From Vicugna vicugna (lineage: Eukaryota): 64,000 nt of DNA. Made by a program: the position numbers and the translations under genes. The number at the start of each line of letters is the position of its first letter. Within the stretch, counting starts at the first letter, position 1. The notes under the pieces were generated by a model that saw nothing but the letters and a program-made list of their open reading frames with translations, made no database searches and was not told the origin of the DNA. The stretch is taken from positions 186,001 to 250,000 of the forward strand of contig MU058883.1 of NCBI GenBank assembly GCA_013265495.1, read 5' to 3'. Below are positions 1-11,110 of the stretch, in pieces.

Positions 1-79
1 TGCTGGCTGAAGTCTTAAGGGCCACGGAGTGCTGAGAAACTTCTTCACCCAACCACCCCCAAGGCCGATTGTGGGGCCA

Positions 80-150
80 CCCCACTCTCCAGAGAAGAAA
101 ACTGAGGCTTGGTGGGTGTAGTGACTGCCCAGGGTCATGCAGGAGTGGGA
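80..150 (+). mobile_element. MIR SINE fragment
   Basis: GAAAACTGAGGCTT...GTGACTGCCCAGGGTCA resembles the MIR core. Confidence 0.5.
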
Positions 151-540
151 AACGCAGTAAGTGTGCAGCCGTGTCTTCTGAGGGTAAGGGTGTAGGACCA
201 GGCAGCCTCTCAGCCCAGGCCAGCTCCACTGCCTGGAACCGGAGGCTGCCCCACTCCAACTGTTCACTAGGGGAACCCTGTCCCCTCCCCCAGCCCAGAG
301 TGCCCCCACTCCGGACAGGGTCTTCTCTCGAGAGCCAGCAGCACCCACCCAGAACGGGGGCAGGAGACAGGCATTTCATTTAGACAAGGGTCTTCGGGCC
401 AGAGGGGATGAGAGGGCAGCTTGAGGGACAGCAAGCTGACTAACAAGGTGCACAGACGGACGCAAGGACGCAGGGATGGGGGGTGCCCAGCAGGGGGCAG
501 GGCGTGCACCAGGGCAGGTTTGCCCCACTCCTGCGCTCAC

Positions 541-1791
541 TGTCTGAAGGCCCACATCCCGACTTAGCGCGGGCCCACCCCCGGTGCCCGGCTCCAGAGG
601 GCTCTCTGGAGGATGCTGCGTCTGGGTGTCTCTGGTCTACAGACTTGTGCCGCTGTCAGGCGGATGCCTGGCTGGGCGGCTCATGGCATGGGACCCCTCA
701 GGCTCTGAGCCCTCCACCAGCTGGCCCTCAGATGCCAGCCGTGAGCCGCAGAGGCTTAACCAGCACCCGACCAGCGAGGAACACTCTGGCTGCTGCAAAC
801 ACAAAGAGCCCTCTATGCCGCGTTGTGACTTGTCTGCGGAAAGAAGCCAGAAAGGGTGGAGACCCACATGCGACAGCAGCAAAGTCGGGAGCTCGAACTG
901 GGTGTTTTTCTTTTTCTTACCTGTGGTTGTCACTTGAATTGCTTTCCCCTTCTCCCCCCCCCCCCCCCCCCCAGGAGACAGCGCCTTCACAGAGGTAATC
1001 AAGCTAAGGTGAGGTCATTAGAGCGGGTCCTGACCCATGTGGCTGTAGTCCTCATCGAAGGGAAGTTTGGACACAGAAAAACTCAGAGAGAAGGGTTTGT
1101 CAAGACACAGAGAGAAGACAGTCATCTACAAGCCAAGGAGAGAGGCCGGCACACACACCCTCTGAAGGAACAACCTTTTGGTGCCGAGCCTGGGGCTCTC
1201 CAGGGTCCCGACGGCACCAGGTTCGCGGCCCGTCTCGTCTGTCTGGTCTTCACAGCTGCTAACATCTGGGCTTTCGTAGTATAAGGGTGAGGAATAATAA
1301 CCTTCCATGTCTCTCCTCTTCGAACCTGAAACCAAGGTCAGGGACCCACAATATCCGCTCTCAGGTTTACCGGGTAGGGCGCCCAAGCACCCGCCCACAG
1401 CACCACGTGCCCTAGAGAAACACGGTGGATGCCCGGATCCTGTTGGAACCCCCTAGGAAAGCCTTCACGAACGCCCCCAGGGTGTCCCTGTTATGGTTCC
1501 AGGAACCACAGGAAGCACCATTTGGGCCACCCGCCCACGGCCTTAAATTAGGGCCACGTTCTGGGGCCAGAGACAGCGGGCTCCTCCTTCCCCCGCGGGC
1601 CGCTGGAGCCAGGGCGGCGAGGACACGGTCCCCGCGCAACCCCACACTCACAGCCTCTCGCGCACGTCGGGTCTCAAATCTCCTTTCCGCCCCACCCAGG
1701 GAGATCAGCCGGCCAGGCCCCGGGGCGCGGGGCCCACGCACAGGCTCCCCACCGCCGCCTCCGCGGAGCTGGGGGATGCCCCCGACTCACT
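541..1791 (-). other. ANKMY1: Candidate 5' exons of ANKMY1: a first exon ending at 1791 and a second exon 833-541. The recognisable MORN/ankyrin coding exons would lie left of the window.
   Basis: Minus-strand donor AA|GTGAGT at 1791/1790; strong acceptor CTTTCTGGCTTCTTTCCGCAG| at 834; donor ACA|GTGAGC at 541/540. ANKMY1 is head-to-head with DUSP28 in mammals (synteny). No ANKMY1 protein sequence was positively recognised, so identity is inferred. Confidence 0.35.
975..1270 (+). mobile_element. MaLR solo LTR fragment (MLT1A/B-like)
   Basis: GTAATCAAGCTAAGGTGAGGTCATTAGAGCGGGTCC...TTTGGACACAG...CAGTCATCTACAAGCCAAGGAGAGAGGCC matches the MLT1B pattern as recalled. Confidence 0.65.
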
Positions 1792-2480
1792 TCCCCTGCC
1801 GCGGGGCCGCACCGAACCTCAGAGAGCGCGCACCGACCGCACAGGGTCCGCCCGGGGCTGCGGCCGACGCCGCGCAGCCCGGCTCTCCAGCCTCCAGTCC
1901 GCCGGAGAGTCGGGTTGCCGTGGAGACCTGCCCGCCGCCCACGTGCCCGCTGCGGCTCCGGGTCTCCGCCAATCCCGGCGCCCGGCCGCGCCCGGACACG
2001 CCCCGGACACGCCCTCCGCGGCCGGCCCAGCCCTGCTCAGGCCTGGTCACGCCCACGGCCACACCCCCTGGAATCCCAGGTCGGGCCGGGGCTTCCCTCT
2101 GTGACCTCACAGGGCCCCCAGGCGGTGGTCCCCGCCCCCTGCCCCAGCCGGTGCCCCGCCGGGACCCTCGCACCTGGCTTGCGGAGCCCCAGCCGGCCGG
2201 ATCCGCCTCGGACACCGATCTGGAAATCAAGCCGAGGACGGCGGGTCAGCCTCTGGGTCCAGTTCCCCGCCCGGGGGACATAGCGCTAAAAGCCCCCAAC
2301 GACCCCGTGAAGGGCGCGGGGGGCCCGTGAGACACCTGAGGAAACTGAGGCACGAGGAAGAGAGCTGCCTTGCCCACGGTCACGCGATGGGTGAGGTACG
2401 GCCAGTATCTGACCGAGCCGGGTTTTGTTCGTTCAGTGTATGTTTGTGGGAGGCTCAGCGCGGGAGCTCCCGGTCTGGTG
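1380..2480. promoter_or_regulatory. CpG island, likely proximal ANKMY1 promoter
   Basis: Dense CpG and GC boxes, an X-box and a minus-strand splice donor at 1790. Confidence 0.65.
1914..1927. promoter_or_regulatory. RFX X-box motif
   Basis: GTTGCCGTGGAGAC fits the imperfect palindromic X-box found in ciliary and testis gene promoters. Confidence 0.6.
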
Positions 2481-3094
2481 GGGCAGCAGGATGAGGGGGG
2501 AGCCCGGGGTCACTGGGAGGGAGGGGTTCGCTGTCTGGCCTGGGGGGTCACTGGGGAAGCCTCATGGGGAGACGATTCCTACGCAGGGTTTCGGAGGATG
2601 AGTGCGAGCTCTCGAAACAGAAAAGAGCACATTTCCGGGGCCGGCATGCGCGAAGACGCAGGGTGGGAAGCAGCACAAGGGCCTTCCGCCCCTGAAGCAG
2701 CTGGGGCTCCCTGGAGGCACAGGGGTTGGGGCTCTCCACCGAGACCGCCCCTTAGAAAAGAGGAAAGGGTAAGAAAAGCTGACGCCCAGGCCCTCCCCTG
2801 CCGGCTGGGGTGGCAGGGCTACTGCAGCCGTGCCGGGGTTCCCAGGTTCCAGGGGCGTTTCCTCCACCCTGCAACTTGCCCCATTCACATCTTTCTTCTC
2901 CCTTGCTCTCCTCTCAGCCCCGCCCCCCTGGGTTCCTGGGTACCCCCTCTACCTCTTTTCCTTCCCCTGCAGGTCTTCTCCTTTGCAGCTTGGGAAGCTG
3001 AGCAGAGACAAACTGAGCTCCCTTAAAAATTCATTTGTGAAAAGATAAAAAACAGTCAACTAAAACTTTTCATTAAACCACACCACCACCTGAC

Positions 3095-3362
3095 GTGGGC
3101 TGAGGGGTGTCTTCCTGAAAGATAAGCTTAAGTCATGACGCTTGGTATCTGTGAGTGATCTTACTTGGAAATAGTGTCTTTGCAGATATGATCAAGTGAA
3201 GAGGTCATACTGGATTAGGGTGTGCTCCAAACCAAAAACCTACTGTCCTTAAAAGGAGAGGGAGATCTGGAGACACAAACATGGAAGGAAGAATAAACTC
3301 CTGTGGTTCCAAGCCAGCAAGTCTGTTGTGATGCTCTGTTAAAGCGACTCTAGGAAACCAAC
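3095..3362 (+). mobile_element. MaLR solo LTR, internally deleted (MLT1B/C-like)
   Basis: TTGGAAATAGTGTCTTTGCAGAT...GAGGTCATACTGGATTAGGGTG...AATAAACTCCTGTGGTTCCAAGCCA...CTAGGAAAC matches both ends of MLT1. Confidence 0.65.
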
Positions 3363-3757
3363 AAGCCACCCAACATGAAAGACTAAACAGCTGCTCAACT
3401 ACTTTCAGCAAATTTGACAAATCTGACGATTTGGTGAGACAGGCAAAACAATTCTAAGCACCAAAATGTGGCCAAAAAAGGAAACGTGTTCTGGAAACTT
3501 CTATAAACTGGAAAAAAATGCAATATGAAATGCTGAAATTTTGCTTATGTTCCTAAGAATATATGCACTGATTTTTTTTAAAAAAAGGCATACAAAGATA
3601 AGAAAGCCCTATTTCCAAAAACTGATACAAGTCCTACAATGACACTAAAGACCATCTCCAAAAAGAATGTTTTCATAAGAAAAATGTTAATATGTATTGC
3701 CAATATTCAAGAATATTCATTTTTAAAGTTTTCAATGAATGGTAAGCTTGTTAAATT

Positions 3758-4110
3758 CAGCAAAACAGTTATTTAGCAAACTGATCTCTTTAGGATGACT
3801 GGCTTTCAGCAAGTTAGCTGCTCGTATTACCAGTCATGGTGTTTGCAAATCTCAAAATTCTGGCTGAACCTGCTATTATGGTTATGAAGTTTAATGAAAT
3901 ATGGCTGGTGAAGTGTGCTTTGGAAAGAAGAGTGACATTTCTATCAAAATTCAGTTGAAGGCTTTGAAAAGTCAACAGAAGTCACTTAAAAATTGCAACC
4001 AAATTGGATGCATGAGAGACACTGTAAAAGACTGGGGGGAAAATCTTTGAAAAAGTTCCAAAAGGATTCCACTGCAGATTGCTTTTGAAGTGCTTTTAAG
4101 TTCATGTGAG
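3758..4110 (+). mobile_element. Tigger-like (TcMar) DNA transposon fragment
   Basis: AT-rich; 3925-4100 resembles a decayed CENP-B-type HTH transposase N-terminus (GAGACACTGTAAAAGACTGGGGGGAAAAT). Confidence 0.45.
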
Positions 4111-4349
4111 GAAAGGAAGGGAAACTGGGAGGCACAGCCAGGCACTGGGCACCACCAGAGCACCGCCTCAGCTGGCCTACAAAGGTAGTGAGTGGGTGGT
4201 CATGACCGTCACCTGTCAGAGGACGGTGAGTGGATATGTATAATGCATTAGGTCAAAACACAATCTTTAAGCTGAGTGGATTAAAAAAAATTGGGGGCTC
4301 TCTTGCTTTAAATGACTTTTTAGATTGACTAAGTGATGGGTACAGATTT

Positions 4350-4524
4350 TATCTCGACTCAGAATCACATGGAGGGTGTGGTAGCACACAGCTTCCTGCA
4401 TCCCATCCGAGAGCTTCTGATCCAGCAGGTCTGGAGAGGGTGGGCCTGAGAAAGTGCATTCCTACCATGTTCCCCAATGATGCCGATGCTGCTGAAATTT
4501 GGACCAGACTGTGAGAAACACTGG
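4350..4524 (-). mobile_element. MER5A (hAT-Charlie) MITE
   Basis: AGAATCACATGGAGGG...TTCTGATCCAGCAGGTCTGG...GATGCCGATGCTGCTG...GAGAAACACTGG follows the MER5A consensus. Confidence 0.7.
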
Positions 4525-5089
4525 GCCACGCAGTGGTGGGTAGGTGGGAACAGAGGGAAGGATGACAGACAGACGGGACAAGGCAGGAGGGACCTTGAAT
4601 GCCACATTAAAGACAGAAAATGCAAGACATTTTTAAACAGGATGGCAGTGCAGTCAGATGTGTCCTTTGAATTCAAAGGTTTCAAGACTTTCTGCCTGGC
4701 TCCTACTGTAATACCCCATTTCATAGCATGATCCAGGACAAAAATAACTCAAAAAATTTCCAGGAAAAACTCTGCTACATTCATGCACTCTAGTATTTTC
4801 AGGTAGTCTATTGTTTTCTATGCCATTTTGCTAAAAAAATAAATTATGGCTCATGACCCACAAAACTGATTTCACAACCCACTAATGGATCACTACTTGC
4901 TGAGTCAGGGCCAACACTCAGAAAAGCACTACCTCAGAGAGCATATTTAACTACAGCAAGGAAGGCTGGAAGGCTCCCCTCGGGAGGCTGGTGCCAAGCC
5001 CAGAAGAGGGTGGCTCAAACTAAACATGGCAATCGAGGTGGACAGAAGGGATCTGAGATGCTTACCGATTCATGAACTCAGTGGGATGA

Positions 5090-5310
5090 AAGAGCACGAG
5101 GCATCAGTTAAGAGGCCTTGGAACAGAAAACCCGCCTCAAACATCCAACAATAAAGGGCAATTGGCTGGTTGAGGAAACCAAACAGTCCAGAAGTTGGAG
5201 GGTCTTCATGTTAGGTGATTTGGTGGCCAACAAAGTCATCAGGTACCCAACTCCTTCCATCTCTGCTTTCATCCAAGGCTGACTTCCCTTTGTGGCCAGA
5301 TGGAGGACAG
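5090..5310. mobile_element. Old MaLR LTR fragment (MLT1J/K-like)
   Basis: GTCATCAGG...CCATCTCTGCTTTC...TGGCCAGATGG pattern. Confidence 0.35.
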
Positions 5311-6706
5311 AGGTTTCTAAGCCCCTCTTTCCCCTGGTACATATGCCAGCCGAAGCCCTTTCCTGAAGCAATCATGGGAGTACAGGCTTCACTGGCTGGC
5401 TGGAGGTAATCAGAAGCCCGATTCTGGAGCTGAGGTACGTGGAATCTCCACCTAGCTGGACGGCTCCCAGCTTTAGAATCCTTCTTTAGAGCACATAGTG
5501 GGAAACAGATGTTGGGAAGGCCTCCACATAGGTGAAGTCTGGATCTGCAGCCAGAAAAGACCTGACTACAGACTGATATTTGAGTCTCTAGCTCAAGAGA
5601 AAGCCCTAGATAGCAGAAAAGATCTGACAGTTACCAGTGCTTGGTGGCTTCGGCTGGAATGTTCATTTTGTCAGATTTATCTAGTACGGGGTGGGGGGGT
5701 ATACTGGAGAGTAATGTCTGGTAGAACGCACTGCAAATTTTTAAATGATGGCGATGAATCAGAAAAAAAACAATTTTACTACTGGAATAAAATTGAAACT
5801 GCGACAACGCAGGCAGGACTGCAACAGTTACCTCCCATTGAAACCGCTCCCTGAGACACTGGGCATCAGAAAAATCTATTGAAAGCATCTCCTTAATGTC
5901 AACTGTGTAAACATTAAATGACATTAATTTTTGAAAGTTACAGTAATGACACAAAAAATAATAAGAAAAATAAAAAAACAAAAATTAGTGGTCTATGAAG
6001 AAATGGTGAAAAACTAATGGTGCATAGCTTTATTTTTTATGAACCGTGTTTTACAAAAAAAAGGGAAAGAAAATGCAAAAGTTACACAGACCGATTAATT
6101 AGGAAGCTGATAACAAAAAGGAATTAACATAAAGCTGTCCTAAAGGGTACTTCAGCTGGCAATGTAGTTATAAGAGATGTAGTTATCAAGGGTACACGAA
6201 ACCAGGCGGCCTACCAACAAAACGATGGGGAGGATACTGGTCAGTGACCAGGTGATAATCTGTGACGGGGTCCCTTGCTCGTCTGCACGTCAGCTGCAGC
6301 TTAGGAAGCCCACCTCCCTGAGCCCGCTGGAACACCGCCGTCCACCCAGCTGCAAGCCTCCCAGGTCGCAGGGACAGGAACCTGCAACTCAGACATCTCA
6401 ATTTGCAATGGGCGGAGAAGCCTATTCCCCAGCAACCCGGCCCCGCCCACCCCAGCGCGGCCAATCCCTCTCCCGATGGCCACGAAGTCAGCCAATGGCC
6501 GCACCCGCAGCCAATCAGAAGCAACCCCCCCGACTCGGTCCAGCCAATGGGAGGCGGCCAGGGATTTGTGGGCGTGCCTCGCTCGTGCACAGCCACGACG
6601 GGGATCGCCCCAGGCAGCCCTCGGAGGCCTCTAGGACCCGGGGGCGCCCGGCCGGCCGCCCGATGGCCCAAAATAGACCCCTGGGCTGGGGACCTGAGCG
6701 CTGGTC

Positions 6707-7460
6707 ATGGACCCGGAACAAGCCGGACGCCGCGGAGCCGCTGAGGCCGCCCCGCCGCCGTTCGTGCGCGTCGCCCCCTCGCTCTTCCTCGGGAGCGTGC
6801 GCGCCGTAGCCTCGCCGGAGCTGCTGGCGCGCGCGGGCGTCACCCTGTGCGNNNNNNNNNNNNNNNNNNNNNNNNNNNNNNNNNNNNNNNNNNNNNNNNN
6901 NNNNNNNNNNNNNNNNNNNNNNNNNNNNNNNNNNNNNNNNNNNNNNNNNNNNNNNNNNNNNNNNNNNNNNNNNNNNNNNNNNNNNNNNNNNNNNNNNNNN
7001 NNNNNNNNNNNNNNNNNNNNNNNNNNNNNNNNNNNNNNNNNNNNNNNCACCGCCTACCTTATGCGTCACCGCGGCCTCAGCCTGGCGCGGGCCTTCCAGG
7101 TGGGGCGGGACTTCCGGGCGGGACAGATTTCCGGCGAGATGAGGCGGGACCTTCCGGGAAGGGGTCCTTCGAGACCGGCGGAGACTGCTGGGAGGGGCGC
7201 GGCTCCGTGAGGGGCGGGGCCTCTGGGAGGGGCGGGCCCGCACTCGGGGGCGGGGCCTCCGGGCACCGGAGGCGTCTGCGGAACCGGCAGCGAGCGCTGC
7301 GCGGTGTCTAGCCGGACCCTCTCGCTTGCAGACCGTGAAGAGCGCCCGCCCAGTGGCCGAGCCCAACCCGGGTTTCTGGTCGCAGCTCCAGAAGTACGAG
7401 GAGGCCCTGCAGTCCCGGTCCTGCCAGCTCGGGGAGCTCTCGGGCCCGAGTGAGTCCTAG
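6707..7460 (+). CDS. DUSP28: Dual specificity phosphatase 28, join(6707..7099,7332..7460), 173 aa
   Basis: MDPEQAGRRGAAEAAPPPFVRVAPSLFLGS...AGVTLC[gap]TAYLMRHRGLSLARAFQ|TVKSARPVAEPNPGFWSQLQKYEEAL. Canonical GT (7100) and AG (7330-7331). The catalytic CX5R loop is inside the 6852-7047 N-run. Confidence 0.96.
6852..7047. other. N-run (196 nt) inside DUSP28 exon 1
   Basis: Directly visible; reading frame preserved across it. Confidence 1.
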
Positions 7461-8374
7461 TCGGTCCGCCCAGCCCCAAGAAGGGCGCTTGGAGTTTCCT
7501 GCCGCCTCGGGGTGGAAAGAGGTACACAGACGAGAGGGTGGTCTTTCCTCTCCTGCCGCACGCCCCACACACGGAGTTTTCATTTTGTGCAACTTCCCGA
7601 AGGCCTCTGTCCCCTCTTGACGTTTGTCAAGTGCAAGGGTGTGTCCACCGAGAACTGGGAACCGTTCCTCCCCTGGTCAGCAAATTTATTAGAAAGGACT
7701 TGGTCGAGAAGGTGAAAACCACTTGGGGAATTGTAGCCAGAAAGACACTTACTACAGAGAGATGGAGGCCGGGGAGCCAACGTCAGCAGGAGGGGAAGTA
7801 CAGCAATCACGGAGACCCGCCGCCCTGAGCCCGGCTGCCTTCAGCTCTGATGCGGGCGGCTCTGGGAGGACACCTACGGCTGCTGGCAGAACGTCGCGCC
7901 TGCTACCTGCTCGAACCATAGTGGCTTTCCCAAAGCTCACACGGGCCCCCTTACAGAAACCAGCACGGGCTCCAGCCAGCGAGGGCCCAGTTTCTAGACT
8001 TAAACCTGCTGCAGACACGCAGGTGAGGTCGCGAGGCTGTGACAGATCACCCAGCATGGACACCCTTGGGGCTGTCAGAGTCTGTACCCACCTTACTGAC
8101 CTCCCAGTCTCAACCACAGCACTGAGCCCCGGCCTAACAGCCTGCAGCCATGGGCATGCCAGCGATGCACTAACCACGGTGTGTCTGAGTATGCTGACCC
8201 CTCTTGTGGTTCAGAGGCAGCTCATCTGGACATCCTACAGCCTAAAGACTATCCTAGAAAATTAATCACAGTAAACACTCCTTAAATAAGATGTGGAGAA
8301 ATTAGGTAATACGTGAGTTACAGATAATACAGTCCCTGGTTAATATATACAAATACACATGTAACAAGATAATG

Positions 8375-8380
8375 AATAAA
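8375..8380 (+). terminator. Candidate DUSP28 polyadenylation signal AATAAA
   Basis: First AATAAA I found after the DUSP28 stop, in an AT-rich patch followed by a GT-rich tract. Confidence 0.4.
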
Positions 8381-9039
8381 ACACTGTAGCTGGTGTTTAT
8401 CGTCTGCCTTTACCCGCAGCCAGTGCCTCGGGTCCTGGTCTCTCTTGCTGGGCTGACTCCAGCCTGCACCCTGAAGCGTGGCCCTGCCTGCACTGGTGCT
8501 GTGACCTCCGTGACCCCTGCACACAACCCGGCAGTGCTGGCAGTAATGAGGAAAATGTCCTGGCTTCCACACACTCCTCCTGGCCCCGCTGAGCAGTGGC
8601 AAAGCCCCGCTGCCCCTTAGAAGTCAGGGTCAGTCACCCCATCCAACAGAGTAACCCCTGACTTGCCTGAAGCTGAGGGGCCTGAGGAGTCCCAGACAAA
8701 TGGCGTCTCATCCTCCCATCCAGGTGGGAGTGAGGCCCTCTGACCCAGTAGAGCCCAAAGTTGTGGGGATGGGAAGTTCACACTTGGTGAGGCACTGGGG
8801 TGGTTGTGAAAGGGCCTCCTCCTCCCCAACCCTCTTGCTCCTGCACCTGGGTTTCCAGCTGGGATGGGAATGACACCATCCACTGGTCCCTGGCTCAGAG
8901 CATAAACACCTTGTCGGTCAGCACCCAGCCCTGTGCAATGTCACCAGTCAGCAATCCCCATCCCCAAGAGCCCCAGCCCTGCTCATAACTCGACTGCAGC
9001 TCATAGTGGTTAATCCAACTTTTACCACCTTACCCCTGG

Positions 9040-9220
9040 TAGCACGTGTCACTTTTTCATCAGCCCCATGAGTGAGCTGCTGCCAGTGTCTCTCCACTTG
9101 GCAGGTGAGGCTCCAGTGGCTCCATCTGTAACCTCAGGTGAGCTGAGCAGTTGGCCCAGCTAGGAGGTCAGGAGCCAGGACCAAAGCCCAGATTTGCATG
9201 CTCACAGCACCTTTGCTGGC
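9040..9220 (+). mobile_element. MIR SINE fragment
   Basis: CAGCCCCATGAG...GCAGGTGAGG...CCCAGCTAGGAGGTCAGGAGCCAGGACCAAAGCCCAG. Confidence 0.45.
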
Positions 9221-10947
9221 AAACCCCTGACCTGCTGACCTGGTCCTGGGTGGCAAATGTGCAAGGATGGCAGAGCCTCGGCCAGGGTGAAAGACATCTG
9301 TGGGTCACATCAGCTTTCTATCCCACTAGCTCCCTTCTGAGAACCATCCAATTTCGGTTCCCACCAGAGGCCCAGGTATCCCTAGGACCTCTGTCCCAGA
9401 GACAACACAGTACCTACCTGAACTCCATGGGCTTCCGGGAAGCCCTCCTGCCTCTGTGCCCACGTGCTAGCAGGTGAGGCCAGGGACCCACTCCCCTCCC
9501 TGGTGTCAGCCCACTTGAATAGGGCCACCCAGTCCACGTGTATCAGGGGGAGGCTGGGGTGTCAGCTGCACCAGGCCAGCCAGGATTTGATCATCGAGAG
9601 GCTGGTGTGTGAAATTCCTTTGGGAGAAATCCCAGCCTCTGGCAGTCTCGACTCTCGGGGTCCTCTCCCCTAGGTAGACTGGGGCCAGGAGAGAGGACAA
9701 CCCTGCCCGTACATCCGCCCTGGACCTCTGTCAGCAAGACAGCGCCCACCCCACCCCCAACACTGAAGGCACTGTCCTCGACAGGGACCAGGTGGAGAGT
9801 GGAGACAACCACTGCGGGCTTCACGGTTCACAGTGCTTTGGCAGGCTGGCTCTGACACTGAGAACAGATCTCTTTGCTCCTTCAACATTGGCTTGTGTTG
9901 GTCCTTTATAAAAACGTGGGGTGGAAGACAGCAGCACCCCAGGGGGGAAGTGGCAACAGCTTCTCTGGACCTGCAAGACTGCCCTTCTCCACCCCTCCGG
10001 TGTGCAGAGCTGGCCACTGGGAGATGCCCAGGGTCCTCCAGGAGAGAAGGGATGAGACCCAACCCTGCTCCCCCAAGTCCCAGAGACCAGGAGGGCAAGA
10101 AGCCCTTGATGTTAACCTACCCTGAGTGTGCAGGCAGCTGGTAGACCCGCTTGAGGGTGGCTAGGGCAGGCCACTGTGGGTGTCCACATGCAGTCCAGAC
10201 GGTGTTCTTCCAGCCCGAGCCCCACTGGCAGGGGGCAGGGGAAGGCTCTAAAAGGCTGGTCAAACTGAGAATGCCATCTAAAACACTCAGCCTGTGGCAC
10301 CTGGGCAGGTACGGGGCTACCCAAAGCCATCAAGGACTTATCGGACCCTAGCTCTCTCCTCTCTCGAGTCCTGGATGCAGGACTGAGCTCCCTCCTCCAG
10401 TTTGGGGTAGGGGTCATAGGGAAAACTGAAGAGATGCTTCAGTGCACATGCTCCGCCCGAATCAATGAACACGCGTCCTCCCACTTAGCCATCCTTCCCA
10501 CCCCGCCCCGACCCCACGGAGGAGGGCAAGCAGGGTCACATGGATTACAGATGGGGATACTGAGTCCAGAAGGTCTAAACAGTACTCAGGGATGACACAG
10601 AGGTCGAGTGCAGGGTGACTCCTGCCCCACACTCTACCAGACAGTGATTAAGCAGTGAGAGGAGTGTGTGGGGTTACAGGCCAAAAGCCCCTTCTCCTTG
10701 AGGACCTGAATTCTCATATGATGATGACAGCAACATCTCAGTGGCCCCTCTCATGCCATGGCTTTGATATCCACCTGAAGCTAGCTCTTTGGACATCCTC
10801 ACTGGTCTGCAGCCACCCCCTCTGGGCCCAGTTCTCTGGACAGGCCTGGGTGAGTGGGCTGGGGTCAGGCAGGCCAAGGCTGATTACTGCCCAGCACTCT
10901 CCTCCTACACCATCTTCCTCCAGGGCCCTGCCAGCCCTTAAGGCAGC

Positions 10948-11110
10948 ACAGTCCAGCAGAATTTTCTACTATGGGAGGATATCTGCTCCTGTTGAATATG
11001 GTTGCCAGTAGCCGGACACTACCGTCCAAACACACATGGAGACTTTGAAATACGGCTAGTGCAACTGAGGAGCTGCGCTAATTCTATTTGAATCTAAGCA
11101 GCCACACTTA
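10948..11110. mobile_element. MER3-like (hAT-Charlie) MITE
   Basis: AGAATTTTCTAC...ATATCTGCTCCTGTTGAATATGGTTGCCAGTAGCC...TTGAAATACGGCTAGTGCAACTGAGGA matches MER3. Confidence 0.65.

Larger units (their letters stand above)
6280..7520. promoter_or_regulatory. CpG island / bidirectional DUSP28-ANKMY1 promoter with four CCAAT boxes
   Basis: CCAAT at 6461, 6492, 6511 and 6544; GC box at about 6441; CpG-dense through both DUSP28 exons. Confidence 0.75.

Noticed and set aside
954-972. Poly-C run of 19 nt
   Set aside because: Homopolymer at the edge of an old LTR; its length is unreliable in assemblies and no function is indicated.
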